Shown here piece after piece: positions 40,436 through 54,806 of a stretch of 64,000 nt of DNA. Made by a program: the position numbers and the translations under genes. The stretch comes from Octopus sinensis (Eukaryota), in NCBI RefSeq assembly GCF_006345805.1, contig NC_043002.1, positions 33,108,001 to 33,172,000 on the forward strand, given 5' to 3'. Under the pieces are notes generated by a model. It saw nothing but the letters and a program-made list of their open reading frames with translations, was not told where the DNA came from and did no database searches. Each line of letters opens with the position of its first letter. Position 1 is the first letter of the stretch.

Positions 40436-41063
40436 ATATATACTCTTTTACTCTATTACTTGTTTCAGTCATTTTGACTGTGGCCATGCTGGAGCACCGC
40501 CTTTAGTCTAGCAAATCGACTCCAGGACTTATTCTTCGTAAACCTAGTGCTTATTCTATCGATCTCTTTTGCCGAACTGCCAAGTTACAGGGACATAAAC
40601 ACACCAGCATCGGTTGTCAAGCGATGTTGGGGGGACAAACGCAGACACACAAAACATACACGCACACACACACACACACATATATATATACATATATACG
40701 ACAGGCTTCTTTCAGTTTCCGTCTACTAAATCCACTCACAAGGCTTTGGTCAACCCGAGGCTATAGTAGAAGACACTTGCCCAAGGTGCCACGCAGTGGA
40801 ACTGAACCTGGAACCATGTGGTTCGTAAGCAAGCTACTTACCACAAAGCCACTCCTACGCCATCTATATTACAAAGGAAGCGCAAACACAAACATACACA
40901 ATGTTTAATTGACTGCACTGTAGATAACATTTCTAATAATTCCTGTGGTTTCTTATTCAGACCATAATATTTTATTGAATTAATCTCTCTTCAACCTAAA
41001 TAGCAATTTAATTTATAAACTAATCTCATTTTTGATTTTCTTTTCTTTTTTTTTTTTTTGCAG

Positions 41064-41248
41064 GAAGTGCTTATGGCAACGGGACAGCGTTTTGTAATGC
41101 ACAGAACTTTGATGTGGTTGAAGGAACACATAACTGTTTTGAGTTTGATCCTCTGCCATTTGCTGCTGCTATATCTCTTACCTCAACATCCGTCATATTA
41201 TACACATGTTTGTGCCTTTCCATAGTTCTAAGACATTTCTCTCTTTAA
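41064..41248 (+). CDS. Terminal coding exon 5 of FOLR/RfBP-like gene (GSAYGNGTAFCNAQNFDVVEGTHNCFEFDPLPFAAAISLTSTSVILYTCLCLSIVLRHFSL*)
   Basis: Poly-T acceptor tttttgcag| in phase 1, two further Cys, an NGT sequon, a hydrophobic C-terminal tail, and TAA at 41246-41248. Confidence 0.88.
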
Positions 41249-41734
41249 ATCACCTTTACTCCGATTACATTTTATCATTCTCCATACAAAAACACTTCCA
41301 TCTTATTCCACTTCTACCCAACCCTCATTCCTACACCACTCCTGCTCTTACTCCCACTCCACTCTCCTACTGCTATTCATACTCCACTCCTACTTTTCTT
41401 CCTACTCCTATTCATACTCCACTCTTACTTTCCCTCCTTAAATATATGTATGGTCTCTTTTGACATTTTGCTTCTTCTTGTTTTTTCTCCTCTTTTTCTT
41501 TTCCTCCTCTTTTTCTTTTTCACCTTTTCTCCATCACTTCTCATTTTTCTCTCTATCTCTTTGTCTCATTCCTCTCTCCATCTCCCTTACTCCTTGTTCC
41601 ACTTACCATACATTCCCTTCCCCTTGATTTTTTTTTCCCCTTGATTTTTTTTTCCCCTTGATTTTTTTTCCCCTGCCCACCATCACTAACCTTTCTCTAA
41701 GACCCCCCCTTCATATTCATATACACACACACAT

Positions 41735-41786
<52 letters not shown>

Positions 41787-42449
41787 CCAGTGTTCATCTG
41801 TGCTAGATATAACACGAAAGGTTCATATTTCAAACATTGTGTCTGTGGAACAAAGGAACAGCCCATAGCCCTCTGCTAGAATCGGAGGGATGAGAGGTTC
41901 TGCAACACTAGTGTAAATGCTGTAGCTGTTATCGATGTTCAGTGCCACTGTCATGTGACACAAATACTACATTATATAATATTCTATACCTTTGTTACGA
42001 GGTAGCTTATATCTGGCTTAGGCTGATCTGTGTGTTGTGTGTGTCATATGACATGTGGTACAGCCTGTTGTATGCCATTGGATGTAATCACAGAGATCCA
42101 TGTGATGCAACCTGCTGTACATCATACGATGCGTATCATATGACCAACATTACACTGGAGGTAAGGTTGTCATGTGACACATGTGGTACATCCTGATTGT
42201 CATATTTCCCTTGAAGCAACATGTGCTGTTTGTCACTTGATACATGTAACTTACATTGACTTCTGTACCAGCTGTCACATGATGCATGTATTGCTGGCAT
42301 CTCATGTTACACCTAAACTGCTGGCGCACTAATATAAATTAAATTCTGTTACTGACTGTTGTGTGACACATGTGGCATTAGCTGCCACCACATGATGCCA
42401 TTCATACATTTTAATATTATCATTATTATTACTATTATTTACTTGCTTC

Positions 42450-43089
42450 GGCAGTATATATAAATTGGAACAATATTATTATTATTATTGTTATAATAAA
42501 CAGTGTCTGTTTTGCCTTTCATCCTTCCAGGGTCAACAATATAAAAGTACCAGTCATGTACAGGGGTTGATGTAATTGGCTAACTCCCTCCTCCTAAATA
42601 TCAGGCCTAGTGCCTATGTTAGAAACAAATACTCGTACTATTATTATTTTTTTTTTATTATCAACATGACTCATAAAATAAGGATGCAGTCAGGTACTGG
42701 AGTCAATTTAAACGATCACATTCTCCCCTCCACAGAAATCTTGTGGCCTTGTGCTTATATTACAAATCACAATTTTTATTAATGTTACCAATTGTTATAC
42801 TTATTATTATTATTATTATTATCGTTATTATTATTATCATCATTATTATTATCATTATTATTATCAGTGGTGGTGGATGGTAGACCAGAGTGCCAATAAA
42901 ACCACATTGTGTGATTTAGTTATGTCCCTTTACAATTTGAGTTCAAATCCCTCCACTTTCGACTTTGCCTTTCATCCTTCCAAGGTCGATAAAATATTTA
43001 CCATTGAAATACTGGAGGCGGCGTGTGATCAATTAAATTCTCTCCACCCTTCCCACAAAATCTGGGGCTTTGAGCCTAAAAATAGCTGC

Positions 43090-43138
<49 letters not shown>

Positions 43139-43573
43139 GAGATGGCAAGCTGGCCAAATTGTTAGGGTATCAGGAAAAAGCCCTTGCAACATTTGTCCCT
43201 GCTCTTCACATTTTGAGCTCAAATCCCACTTTCATCCTATCGCCTTTTCATCCTTTTGTGGGGTTAATATAATATTGTACCAGTGAAGCACTAGAGTCAA
43301 TGCTATTGACTAACTCCACTCTTCTTAAAAATGCTGGCCTTGAGCTTAAATATTATTATTATTATTATTATTATTATTATGAAAGGGAGTAGATTGGCAG
43401 TGTCATCAGTGTACCTGCTCTTTACATTCTGTGTTCAAATTGTTTCAAAATCAACTTTGCCTTGCTTCCTTCTGAGGTGAGGTCAACTAAACTAAAGCAC
43501 CAGTCAAGAACTGGGGTCATTCTGACTAACTTTACCCCACTAACATGGCTGGCCTTGTGCCAAAATTTGAAGC

Positions 43574-43612
<39 letters not shown>

Positions 43613-44060
43613 TACGGTGGTGAGCTGGCAGAATCATGAGCACACCGAGCGAAATGCACTTAGGAGTATTTTGTCTGCCACTACATTCTGAGTTCAAATT
43701 CCGCCAAAGTCAACTTTGCCTTTTATCCTTTTGGGGTCGTTTAAATAAGTACCAGTTACACACTGGAGTCGATGTAATCGACTTAATCCCTTCCCCCAAA
43801 TTTGAGGCCTTGTGCTTCTAGTAGAAGCACAATTACTCTTAAGGCGGTAAGCTGGTAGAATTGTTAGCGATATTTCATCTGTCTTCACATTTTGAGTTCA
43901 AATTCTGCCAAGGTCGACTTTGTCCCTCATCCTTTCAGGGTCGATAAAATAAGTACCAGTTAAACACTGGGGTCGATGTGACCAACTCACCCCCAACAAA
44001 ATTGCTGGCCTTGTAGCAAAATTGGAAACCATTATCATTATTATTATTATTATTATTATG
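42450..44060. mobile_element. Cluster of about 8 copies or fragments of the 'ttctgagttcaaattccgcc..gtcgactttgcctttcatcc' SINE-like family separated by (ATT)n
   Basis: The motif recurs in both orientations. Dispersed copies are at about 1434-1570, 3150-3310, 27075-27290, 27800-28190 and 56705-56940. Confidence 0.8.
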
Positions 44061-44611
44061 ATTATTATTACTATTATTGTTGTTGTTATTATCATTATTA
44101 TTCTGTTGATGTTTTTCCTCAGGAGGCTTGGGTCTTTGTAAAATTTGCAGTGTATTCTTCTTTTTTAATTATTTAAAAAAACTGGAAATAACAAAGACAT
44201 TGCAAATATATGAGGTCAACAGTTTCAATTGATTACCCTCGATAAATTATCTTTCTTATTTGGTACAACAATTTGATTGTTCCCATATTTAATTAAATCA
44301 AAATTCAATGTTGGAATTACGCACCCGTGACTTTCTAAAACACAAAAATACCTTACTATTTGGAATTATAATTTAAAGAAATATTCTTCGATATTTTCAA
44401 TGTATTATATACGATAACCCTTACCCCCAGAATTATGGAAACTTGTTATTTTACTGATGATAAAATTTAACTTATTTGGTTCAATGCCAAGATATGGCAC
44501 TTATAGAAACTGATTAATTCCTTCCATTGTAGGTTGAGTCTTTGAGCTGATCCATGACATTATCATCCGTACTATTCAGTCTATTGGAAGTGGACAAGAG
44601 GCTGGCTGCAG

Positions 44612-45228
44612 TAACTCTTTAGCATTCAGAATTACTCTGTCAAACGTGATGCTTATTTATTCACATCGTTTTGAATTAGTGGTGCATTGTCTTGTAGCTT
44701 GGAGATTTCAATGATATGATTGTTTATTTTTAGAATGACATTGGCAGGTAAGTATGAGAGGTTGAATCTGGTCTGTTTAAGCATAGAACAGGAAGAATAT
44801 TTGGGCTGGCTTTGGCCAGTTCAAATGCTGAAGAGTTGAAAGAATGGCAATGTCACTATAGACCATTTCACTTTTAAGAAGGTGTAGCAGGGTCATTATA
44901 TAGACAGTCTCACTTTAAAGACATGGGTGGGGTGGCATCAATATAGACTGTCTCCTTCTAAAGAAAGGGCAGTAATCACAATAAAGACTGTCTGACTTTA
45001 ACTCTTTAGCCTTCAGAATTACTTATGTCAAATGCAATGCTTATTTATTCAGAGTGTTTTGAATTAATTATGCATTATCTTGTAGCTTTGAGACTTCAAT
45101 GATGTGATTGTTTATTTTTAGAATGACACTGTAGGGTAGGTGTGAGAGTGTGAATATGGCTAGTTCAAACTTAAAACAGGTAGAATATTTGGGCCGGATA
45201 TGGCTAGTTTATATGCTAAAGGTTTAAC
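44612..45228. repeat. Two direct copies of a MITE-like repeat of about 230 bp flanking a short degenerate minisatellite
   Basis: taactctttagc.ttcagaattac...gctaaag.tt occurs at about 44612-44845 and 45000-45228. Between them, a unit like tatagac.gtctcactttaaag recurs four times. Confidence 0.7.
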
Positions 45229-46404
45229 AAACCAAACTGAAAACACCCCCAACACACCCTACCACCACCTCTAAGAATAATCTATTGTTCTTAAAAATAA
45301 TCTCTAGTTTTATAGGGGAAGTTTGATCACCTTATTTCTTGCTTGATATTGTGTGGTGATTAAAGAAAAGGTTTGTTCCTGCTATTAACATCATATTTGT
45401 ATCACTAACACTAAGTTTATATATATTATATATATATATATACATAAGAGAGAGAGACATCACTGTGAGATTAAGAAGTTCAGTTTGAAATCACATGATT
45501 AAGGGTTTGATTCCACTTCATGGATGCTGTTTGCTGATGCTCTAGGCCAACCAAAGCACTGTGAGTGGATTTGATAGATAGGACCAAAAAGGAACCTATC
45601 ATGGGTGTGTATGTGTGTGTTTGTGTGTGCAAGTGTGTTTGCTTACACTTGTGCTGAGCCAAAACCAGTGCCAATGTTCACATCTTTCTCATCAACAAAT
45701 TGTCTGTTGGCTCTGTGTCTTTAAAGATGTGTGGCATAAGATATCCCTTACTTGATAAATAGGTAAGGACTAGCCACAGGGTGAGTATCTGGCTATTAAA
45801 CAATGCTTCGATAATATATTCACCTAACACTTGTTAGCATGGGAAAACAGATGTAAAAACAAATAAATACTCACACACACATATATATGTACACACACAT
45901 ATATATTAATTAGCTATTATATGAATAGTGGATATATATAAATATATACATATCATCTATCTGTGTGTATATATATATATATATATATATGTGTATATTT
46001 CTGTGTCTGTATGTATACCTTTCACTAACGTATATCAGTAAAACACTATACTGGTGTAGTCAAACAAAACACCTGTAGTATTTGTTCTGCCCAAATTGTA
46101 TAAATACTCATTCCCTTGTTACACTCAATAATAATGGAAATGAAGTGAACCTATCATTGGTCTGTTGGAAATATGTAACAAACAATTGTTAGTTGTTCAT
46201 ATGACATGATATTAAATTACACCTCAATAGAGAGCAATAATTTGTATACTGTAAGAATTATTGGCTACCATTAGCAACCCAATTGAAGGCTGTTGTGGTA
46301 ACCAGTGTTTCTGCTATATAAGTTTAATTCAGTTCTAAATGCTTGCTAGTTTAGACCCTGCTACTGTCTTTCAGAATATCTCATCTCTGATGCCATTTTG
46401 TGCA

Positions 46405-47740
<1,336 letters not shown>

Positions 47741-48001
47741 TTAGAGATAAAAACCACTATTAGGCAAATCAAACAATGGAAAACATAAACCAAAACATAA
47801 AAAAACATAAAAAAATATAAATACAATTAATATAATATAAAAAATATAAATACAATTAATATAATATACAAAATATATAAAATTTAAAATTAAAATTATT
47901 CATTTATGTTTATATTTATAAATTTTAAAATTTTTATTTATTTATTTATTATTATTATTATATTTTTTTTTATATATTAAATATATATAACTATCCAAAA
48001 G

Positions 48002-48033
<32 letters not shown>

Positions 48034-48479
48034 ATGGTTTTACTTGAGTCATTGCACGGAGATTGCTTATAAGCTTTAAGCTTATAAAATACTATTATTA
48101 TTATTTACAGAATTGTAAAGATTGATGCTGTTTAACAAAAAAAAAAAAAAGAACCATTGCAGTAAAAGCACATGGAAGTTTCTTTACAAAAACAACACTA
48201 CAAACTAATTATAGTTAATTAACCTGATGGAATGAAGCATGATGGAATGAAGCAAAGACAAAGATGTTTGGGTTCGAGTCCCACATGTGTGGGAAAAACC
48301 TACTTTTTTTTCCATCAAGGGCTTATATGCCCCGTTCTTAGACTATTTTCTTTAGTCATTGCGTGATGATCACTTATAAGCTTTAAGCTTATAAAATACT
48401 ATTATTATTATTTACAGATATATTATATATACACACACACACATAGATAGATATAGATATGTATATATAAATATTTACA

Positions 48480-48525
<46 letters not shown>

Positions 48526-50506
48526 TATACATATACACACATACACACAAATACATATGTGTGTGTGTGTGTGTGTGTGTATGGAACCACTGCTAAGATT
48601 TTCAATGTAAAAGGATAGTTTAAATTATCTGTCTCAAATTAATGTTTATATATATATATATATATATATATAATCAATTTATTGATTTGTATATTGTGTG
48701 AAGCCCTTTGTAATTTTTGTCTAACCCTAAAGCTTTGCAAAAAGCATATATATATGAAAACACATCGACAAACTGAGAGGATTAGAAGGTCTCTGAGTAT
48801 TGTTCCTTTTCTGATTAACAAATTGTCTTTTTTCTCGCAGTTTATGCAGCCAGTATCTATCTCCTTGGGATTTAACACCTAGACTGACTGAGAGAGACCT
48901 GTATCTCATTTAAGTAAGATGCTACATACTAAATATTTCTCTTTTTTTTTTCTTCTAAGGGCAAAAAATCTGAATTCAATGAATTATATAAAAAAACTCT
49001 TTTTCATCTTCACATAACTGAAACTCATATGAGAGTATGTTTTTTTTTTTTATAAAAAATTAATTAATACAGTTAATAAGTCATATTAATGATACTGAAC
49101 AACCAAACTATTTACTTTGATAGTTCAGTATCCTTATCAATCCATACAATCCTTCATGATGAAGGACAACATCCTATTGTATACAGCCCTTCATGAGAAA
49201 GGACTGTGTCCTATTCCAAATAACTTCTCGCACTAAGCGATATTGTCTTCTTCCATACAGCCCTTCACAGTAAAGGATATTGTTCTATTCTACACAGTCC
49301 TCCACACCGAAAGACACAGTGTCCTATTCCACCACTCTTCACTCTCTAAAATTCCATGTATCTTTTTTTTTTTTTTTTTTTCCTTACTGTTCCAACTATT
49401 TTATGTCAACAAATATTTATACTATCTTCTTTATTTAAACCACGCATTAAAATTTAATACTCACCTTTACAGTATTTCATAGTCTTTATATATTACATAT
49501 GTGTGTTTGTGTTTGCATATATGTGTGTGTGTATGAGTCTCTGTATGTGTGCGTGTGCATGCATGCATGTATGTTGTTACTTTATCATGTTACAGATGCA
49601 CCTTGCTATGACTTAATGGTATCCCTAAGAGGGATATATTAGAGTGATTTTCCACTCCTTTTTTTTCATTTATACAAATAGACCAGGTAGTATATTGGGG
49701 AAGGTATATTAAGTTAGTGATAGAATCTGCACTTTTTCTGCCCTCCTCAGATCACTAACAATCAAGCTGAAGTGAAAAACTACAATCAGGGATCAAAAGT
49801 CGGTTGTAGGCTTAGCTCACCAGTAACCCTGTAAGGCATTCAATAGATCCCACCTATAAGGCTACTATCTATATCTATCTGATATTCAGCAGCACTTTAA
49901 AGAGTTCAAGTACAATGCTGAAATGCTAACAAAACAGACATCAGGTAGATGGTAATTCCACTGTTTACATTGGTGAATTCTGTCAATCCGACTCAATTGA
50001 ACCAATGAAATGTCATAGATCCAGTGTAGTTCTGATGACAGGATATGCACTTTAGACTATGAACTCTGACCCTTTAACCTGTAGCATGCTGTCAATTCCA
50101 TCACTTGCTGCTCGGTTAATTTATATATTTTCAAATAATCTCCTTCAGTTTAAAAAACTAGTAGAGTGTTGAAATTTAAGCAAATTTGCTTCATCATTTT
50201 AATTAACATGATGAAGAATTGTAATTAAATTCAATAGTTGAACTATTTTTTGGATTATTTCTTTTAGCCATTTGCCATTTCTATGTTTCTAAACACTAAA
50301 CTTATTTAGTATTTGTCTGGTAGTTTGGAGAAAGTCTTTTATATTTAAAAAACGGCTTCTGTACAGGGCACGTCCATACTGCAAAACCAAATGATTAACA
50401 GCAATAATTCATTCTTTCATAAACATACACACACACATGTATGTGTGTGTGTGTGTGCATACATATATATATATATATATACACACACATATATATATAA
50501 ATGTAT

Positions 50507-50562
<56 letters not shown>

Positions 50563-50851
50563 TGTATGTGTGTATGTGTATATATATATATATTATATAT
50601 ATATATGTGTGTGTGTGTGTATAGTGTATATGTGTGTGAGTATAAGTAGTTGGTGTTAGGAAAGGCATCCAGACATAGAAACCTCGCTAAATGCAACAAG
50701 GCAGTGATATTTCCCATCATGTTTAGGTGAGCAATACCCACCGAACACATGCTAATTTCAATTGTAAAGAGCCATCCGACTCATGACAGCATGAAAAGTA
50801 GATGTAAAATGATGATAGATATGTGTGTATTTATGTATGTGACTATGCGCC

Positions 50852-50904
<53 letters not shown>

Positions 50905-52089
50905 TATGCATTTCATTCCACTGCACAAATATGCAATAATGCAGTTACTTTATTTTTCATCTTCAAAACAATAAGCTAGTATTTGTGATATTGTATTCAG
51001 AATAGAAGATGAAAGGGCTCTGCTGAAATTCTTGGTCTTTGTTCTAACTCATACTACATTGAGCTTATTCCCTTACTTCCATTTCTCAGTGCCAAGCTAT
51101 CTGATAGACTGTCTGACATAGTATGTGTAACTGTATACTTCTGGCTACCAAAAATTAATTATTTATTATAATGGAATATATAAAACACTCACTTAAAATG
51201 TATAACATTTCTTACATAGATGTATATTCTATATTCTACCAATAAATATTGAGTATGGTTGATCTGTGTGTATACCATGGGATCAAGCTTTGTAACACTA
51301 TGTATATAAATCTATACCTTACATACATTAGCATGTATATATATATATATATACACACACACAGACACTCATACATATGTGTGTATGTGTATGCATGCAT
51401 GATGTATGTATGTGTGTATGTATGTATACTTGTGTATATCTATAAAGTGTTTTGCCACAAGAACAAGTAAACACAGGCTTTTAAAAAGAACTCAATACCT
51501 GTTCATAATGAAGTAGAGTACGAAATGTAAACATAAATCTTTTTGAATGATGCAATAGAAGTCTCTCTAGAGTAAAACCCTTATCTATATAACATGTTTA
51601 ATGCATGGGTATCATTGAAAAACCAGAAGTTGTAGTTTTCATCCAGGAAAAATCCTTTCGTGGACACATTGTGTTAAAAAAAACATTATATATGCTTCAT
51701 AACCAGGTAAAATGAAATCACTTCTGGGGCATCTGTAAAAGGATTTTTCCCAGACTAATAATTGCTGCTTGAGGCTTTTTAATAATGTACATTCATTAAG
51801 TGTGTTATATAGATAACACACTTAATGATTATGAATGATTTGTTGTTTGATCTCATGATATGTTCAAGTTATATTGTACAAATGATCATTCCAATCATTC
51901 ATTAAAGAAAATGAAAAATTTTGCAAAATCATTATAATTTTGTGTGTGTCTGTGTGTGTGTATGTGTATACATGCATGTGTGCATTTGTGTTTTTCAACA
52001 AGTGTCATAGGGTTAAATCATTTGTTTGAAGCTGATAAAATCATTACATTGCTACACTGAGTTTACGTATTTGTACATTTTTCATGCAA

Positions 52090-52120
<31 letters not shown>

Positions 52121-52341
52121 TCACATGTAGTGACTTAAGGAACATGACAGAAACAGCAAAAGTTCAGCTTGGAGCAAATACTTGTTATAGGTTGCTAGGA
52201 GTATTCATTAGTGAGTAACTATGTACTTGAAATTCAAATAGGTTTTACACTACTTGACATGTACACAGCCACATAAATAACCTGTTATATATGTATGTAC
52301 ATATAAGTATGTGTATTTGAGTAATATATATATATATATAT

Positions 52342-52380
<39 letters not shown>

Positions 52381-52624
52381 TAATAATAAGATATATATAT
52401 GTGTGTGTATACAAATACATATATACATATTTATATATGTATGTATATGAAGGACAGATATTCTCCATATAGAATACACTCCATAGTGCTCAAGAGATTT
52501 AAACTTGAGCAGGTAGAGGAGTAAATGTTAGGGTAAGCAAATTAAGCAAGTCGACATACAAAAAATATTAAATACATTTAATACAAACAATGTACACGTG
52601 TTTACCTATAAAAAGGTCTGACTT

Positions 52625-52965
52625 ACAGAGAATAGAAATCTCAGGAATTAAAGGAGTTGAATAAGAGTTTTACTAGTCCAAAATAATGATTGTAAATTGA
52701 TTCCATCATCGGATAATACCAGCCTCCGTCTTCAGGGAAGAAGTTTTACAGTTGACGTGTTGACAGAAAAGAGATTAAAGATATTCCATCTTTAGTCAAC
52801 ACCTCAATTGTAAAGCTTCTTCCCTGAAGAGGGAGGCTGGTATTATCCAATGATGGAATCAATTTACAATCATTATTTCGGACCACCAAGCCTCTAGAAA
52901 CAGCTGTTGGACTGGTAAAACTCTTATTCAACTCCTTCAATCCTGATATCATTTCTATTCTGTGT
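52625..52965. repeat. Fold-back inverted repeat (arms 52625-52764 and 52795-52965) carrying a hammerhead motif
   Basis: The arms are reverse complements; the left arm lacks about 30 nt that include the GAAAC half of the ribozyme. Confidence 0.85.
52821..52911 (+). ncRNA. Minimal type I hammerhead ribozyme motif
   Basis: Reads tcc-CTGAAGA-GGGAGGCT...AGCCTCTA-GAAA-CAGCTG-TT|GGA, with an intact core, palindromic stem III and a GUU triplet. Confidence 0.65.
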
Positions 52966-52970
52966 CATAC

Positions 52971-53002
<32 letters not shown>

Positions 53003-54068
53003 TATATATGTGAGGGCGCGTGGCTTAGTGGTTAGGGCATTCAGCTCATGATCGTAAGGTTGTGAGTTTGATTCCCGGCGACGCGTTGTGTCCTTGAGCA
53101 AGACACTTTATTTCACGTTGTCCAGTCCACTCAGCTGACAAAAATGAGTTGTACTTGTATTTCAAAGGGTCAGCCTTGTCACTCTCTGTGTCACGCTGAT
53201 TATCCCTGAGAACTACATTAAGGGTACACGTGTCTGTAGAGTGCTCAGCCATTTGCACGTTAATTTCACGAGCAAGCTGTTCCGCTGATCGTATCAGCTG
53301 GGACCCTCGTCGTCGTAACCGGCAGAGTCTTTTTTTTTATATATATATATATATATATGTTGGTGCAAACAGGGAAAATAGAACTCAAAATGTATCTAGC
53401 AAAAGTAACAGATTGACTCATAGTCCAAAATGTTTGTGTGTTGGTATGCGTGTTGGTGGTTGGGGGTGTGTGTGTAAAGTTGTTCTGTGAAAGGGTGGAA
53501 AATATGTGACAATTTCTGAGTATTTGTGTGTATGTTTGTATGTATACACATGTATGTATGCCTCTATATAGGTGTGTATGTATGAAAGTACATGCGTGTG
53601 TGTGTGTAATTGTTCCTTTTTATGTGTTTCTGTGTATATGTATTTATGTGTATGCGTGTGTTGCTTGCTATATATTCAAGGATGTGGGTAGGACAAGAAG
53701 AGGATATAGATTACCAGCATTATCATTGCTCCGTGACATTCCGATCTACTGCACAATAGTTCCATTGATCAACTTACACTGTACTGAAATTAATATTTTG
53801 CAGTATATACATCAGCTATATATACATTCATACACACACACACAGACACACACAGACACACACACAGACACACACACACCCACACACACACAAACACACA
53901 CACGCACACAAGTCAATAGTTGGTTGACTTGCAAGAAATAACTCAGATATCCTTTCAAATCATACCCTACCTTATCAAACAGAGATGAGATAGTCACGGT
54001 TATAATGCTTTTGATCATTGTTCTCCTCTGTTAGAACTGGCCTGGGATCAGACAACAATAAATTCATG

Positions 54069-54102
<34 letters not shown>

Positions 54103-54382
54103 CACACAAACAATTATATGAGGCTAACTTGTTGCAAGCCACAGTTCCGTCTGTGTTTATGTCTGTCCTTCTACTTGACATCTGCCTGCAAGTTGTAGGC
54201 ATACCTGTGTGGTTAAGAACTTCACATCACAGCCATCTCACTGAGCTGCACTTTGGGCCAGGCCAGTGTCTTCTGCTACAACCCCAAGCAGACCACTGTC
54301 TTTTGAGTGAACTTCATAAACAGAAATTATAAGAATCCTGTCATATATGGTATGTGTGTGTGTATATACATATATATATATT

Positions 54383-54414
<32 letters not shown>

Positions 54415-54687
54415 CCACACATGCACATGCATACATATACATATATAGATATATCTGTGTGTATTTCTATATATATATATAGATAAATATATGTGTGTGT
54501 ATATATACATATACATACATACATACATATATATATATATATGTAGGTTATGAGAGGTAATGGTGTCATTGAGACCCGAAGGTATCAGGTAATGGTGAAT
54601 AAGTACTATAGATAGACCATAGTCAAGTTCCAGGTTCGGTGATTATGTGAATAAGGGTTCAATGTTGGTCATATGTCAGCGTGTGTT

Positions 54688-54806
54688 TATAAATATTTTT
54701 TTTTCGTAATGAGATAAAAAAAACCAAGGCTGTGTAGATTTTAAATGTTCTAAAATCTACACACCCTTTGGTTTTTTTCTTATCTCATTACAAAAAAAAA
54801 TTTATA
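54688..54806. repeat. Short hairpin/MITE-like palindrome (arms of about 55 bp, 7-nt loop)
   Basis: gtaatgagataaaaaaaaccaaggctgtgtagatttta-aatgttc-taaaatctacacaccctttggtttttttcttatctcattac. Confidence 0.85.

Noticed and set aside
49130-49350. Degenerate minisatellite of about 35 bp (atacagcccttca...aaggac.gtgtcctattc)
   Set aside because: Only a few poorly conserved units and no sign of function.
49751-49830. Possible exon (strong acceptor, CT|GTAAGG donor, open in one frame: ITNNQAEVKNYNQGSKVGCRLSSPVT)
   Set aside because: No recognisable homology and no phase-compatible partner exon; such sites arise by chance in 64 kb.
51647-51706. Possible 60-nt symmetric exon (EKSFRGHIVLKKTLYMLHNQ)
   Set aside because: It is isolated, has no homology, and is incompatible in phase with the 49751 candidate.
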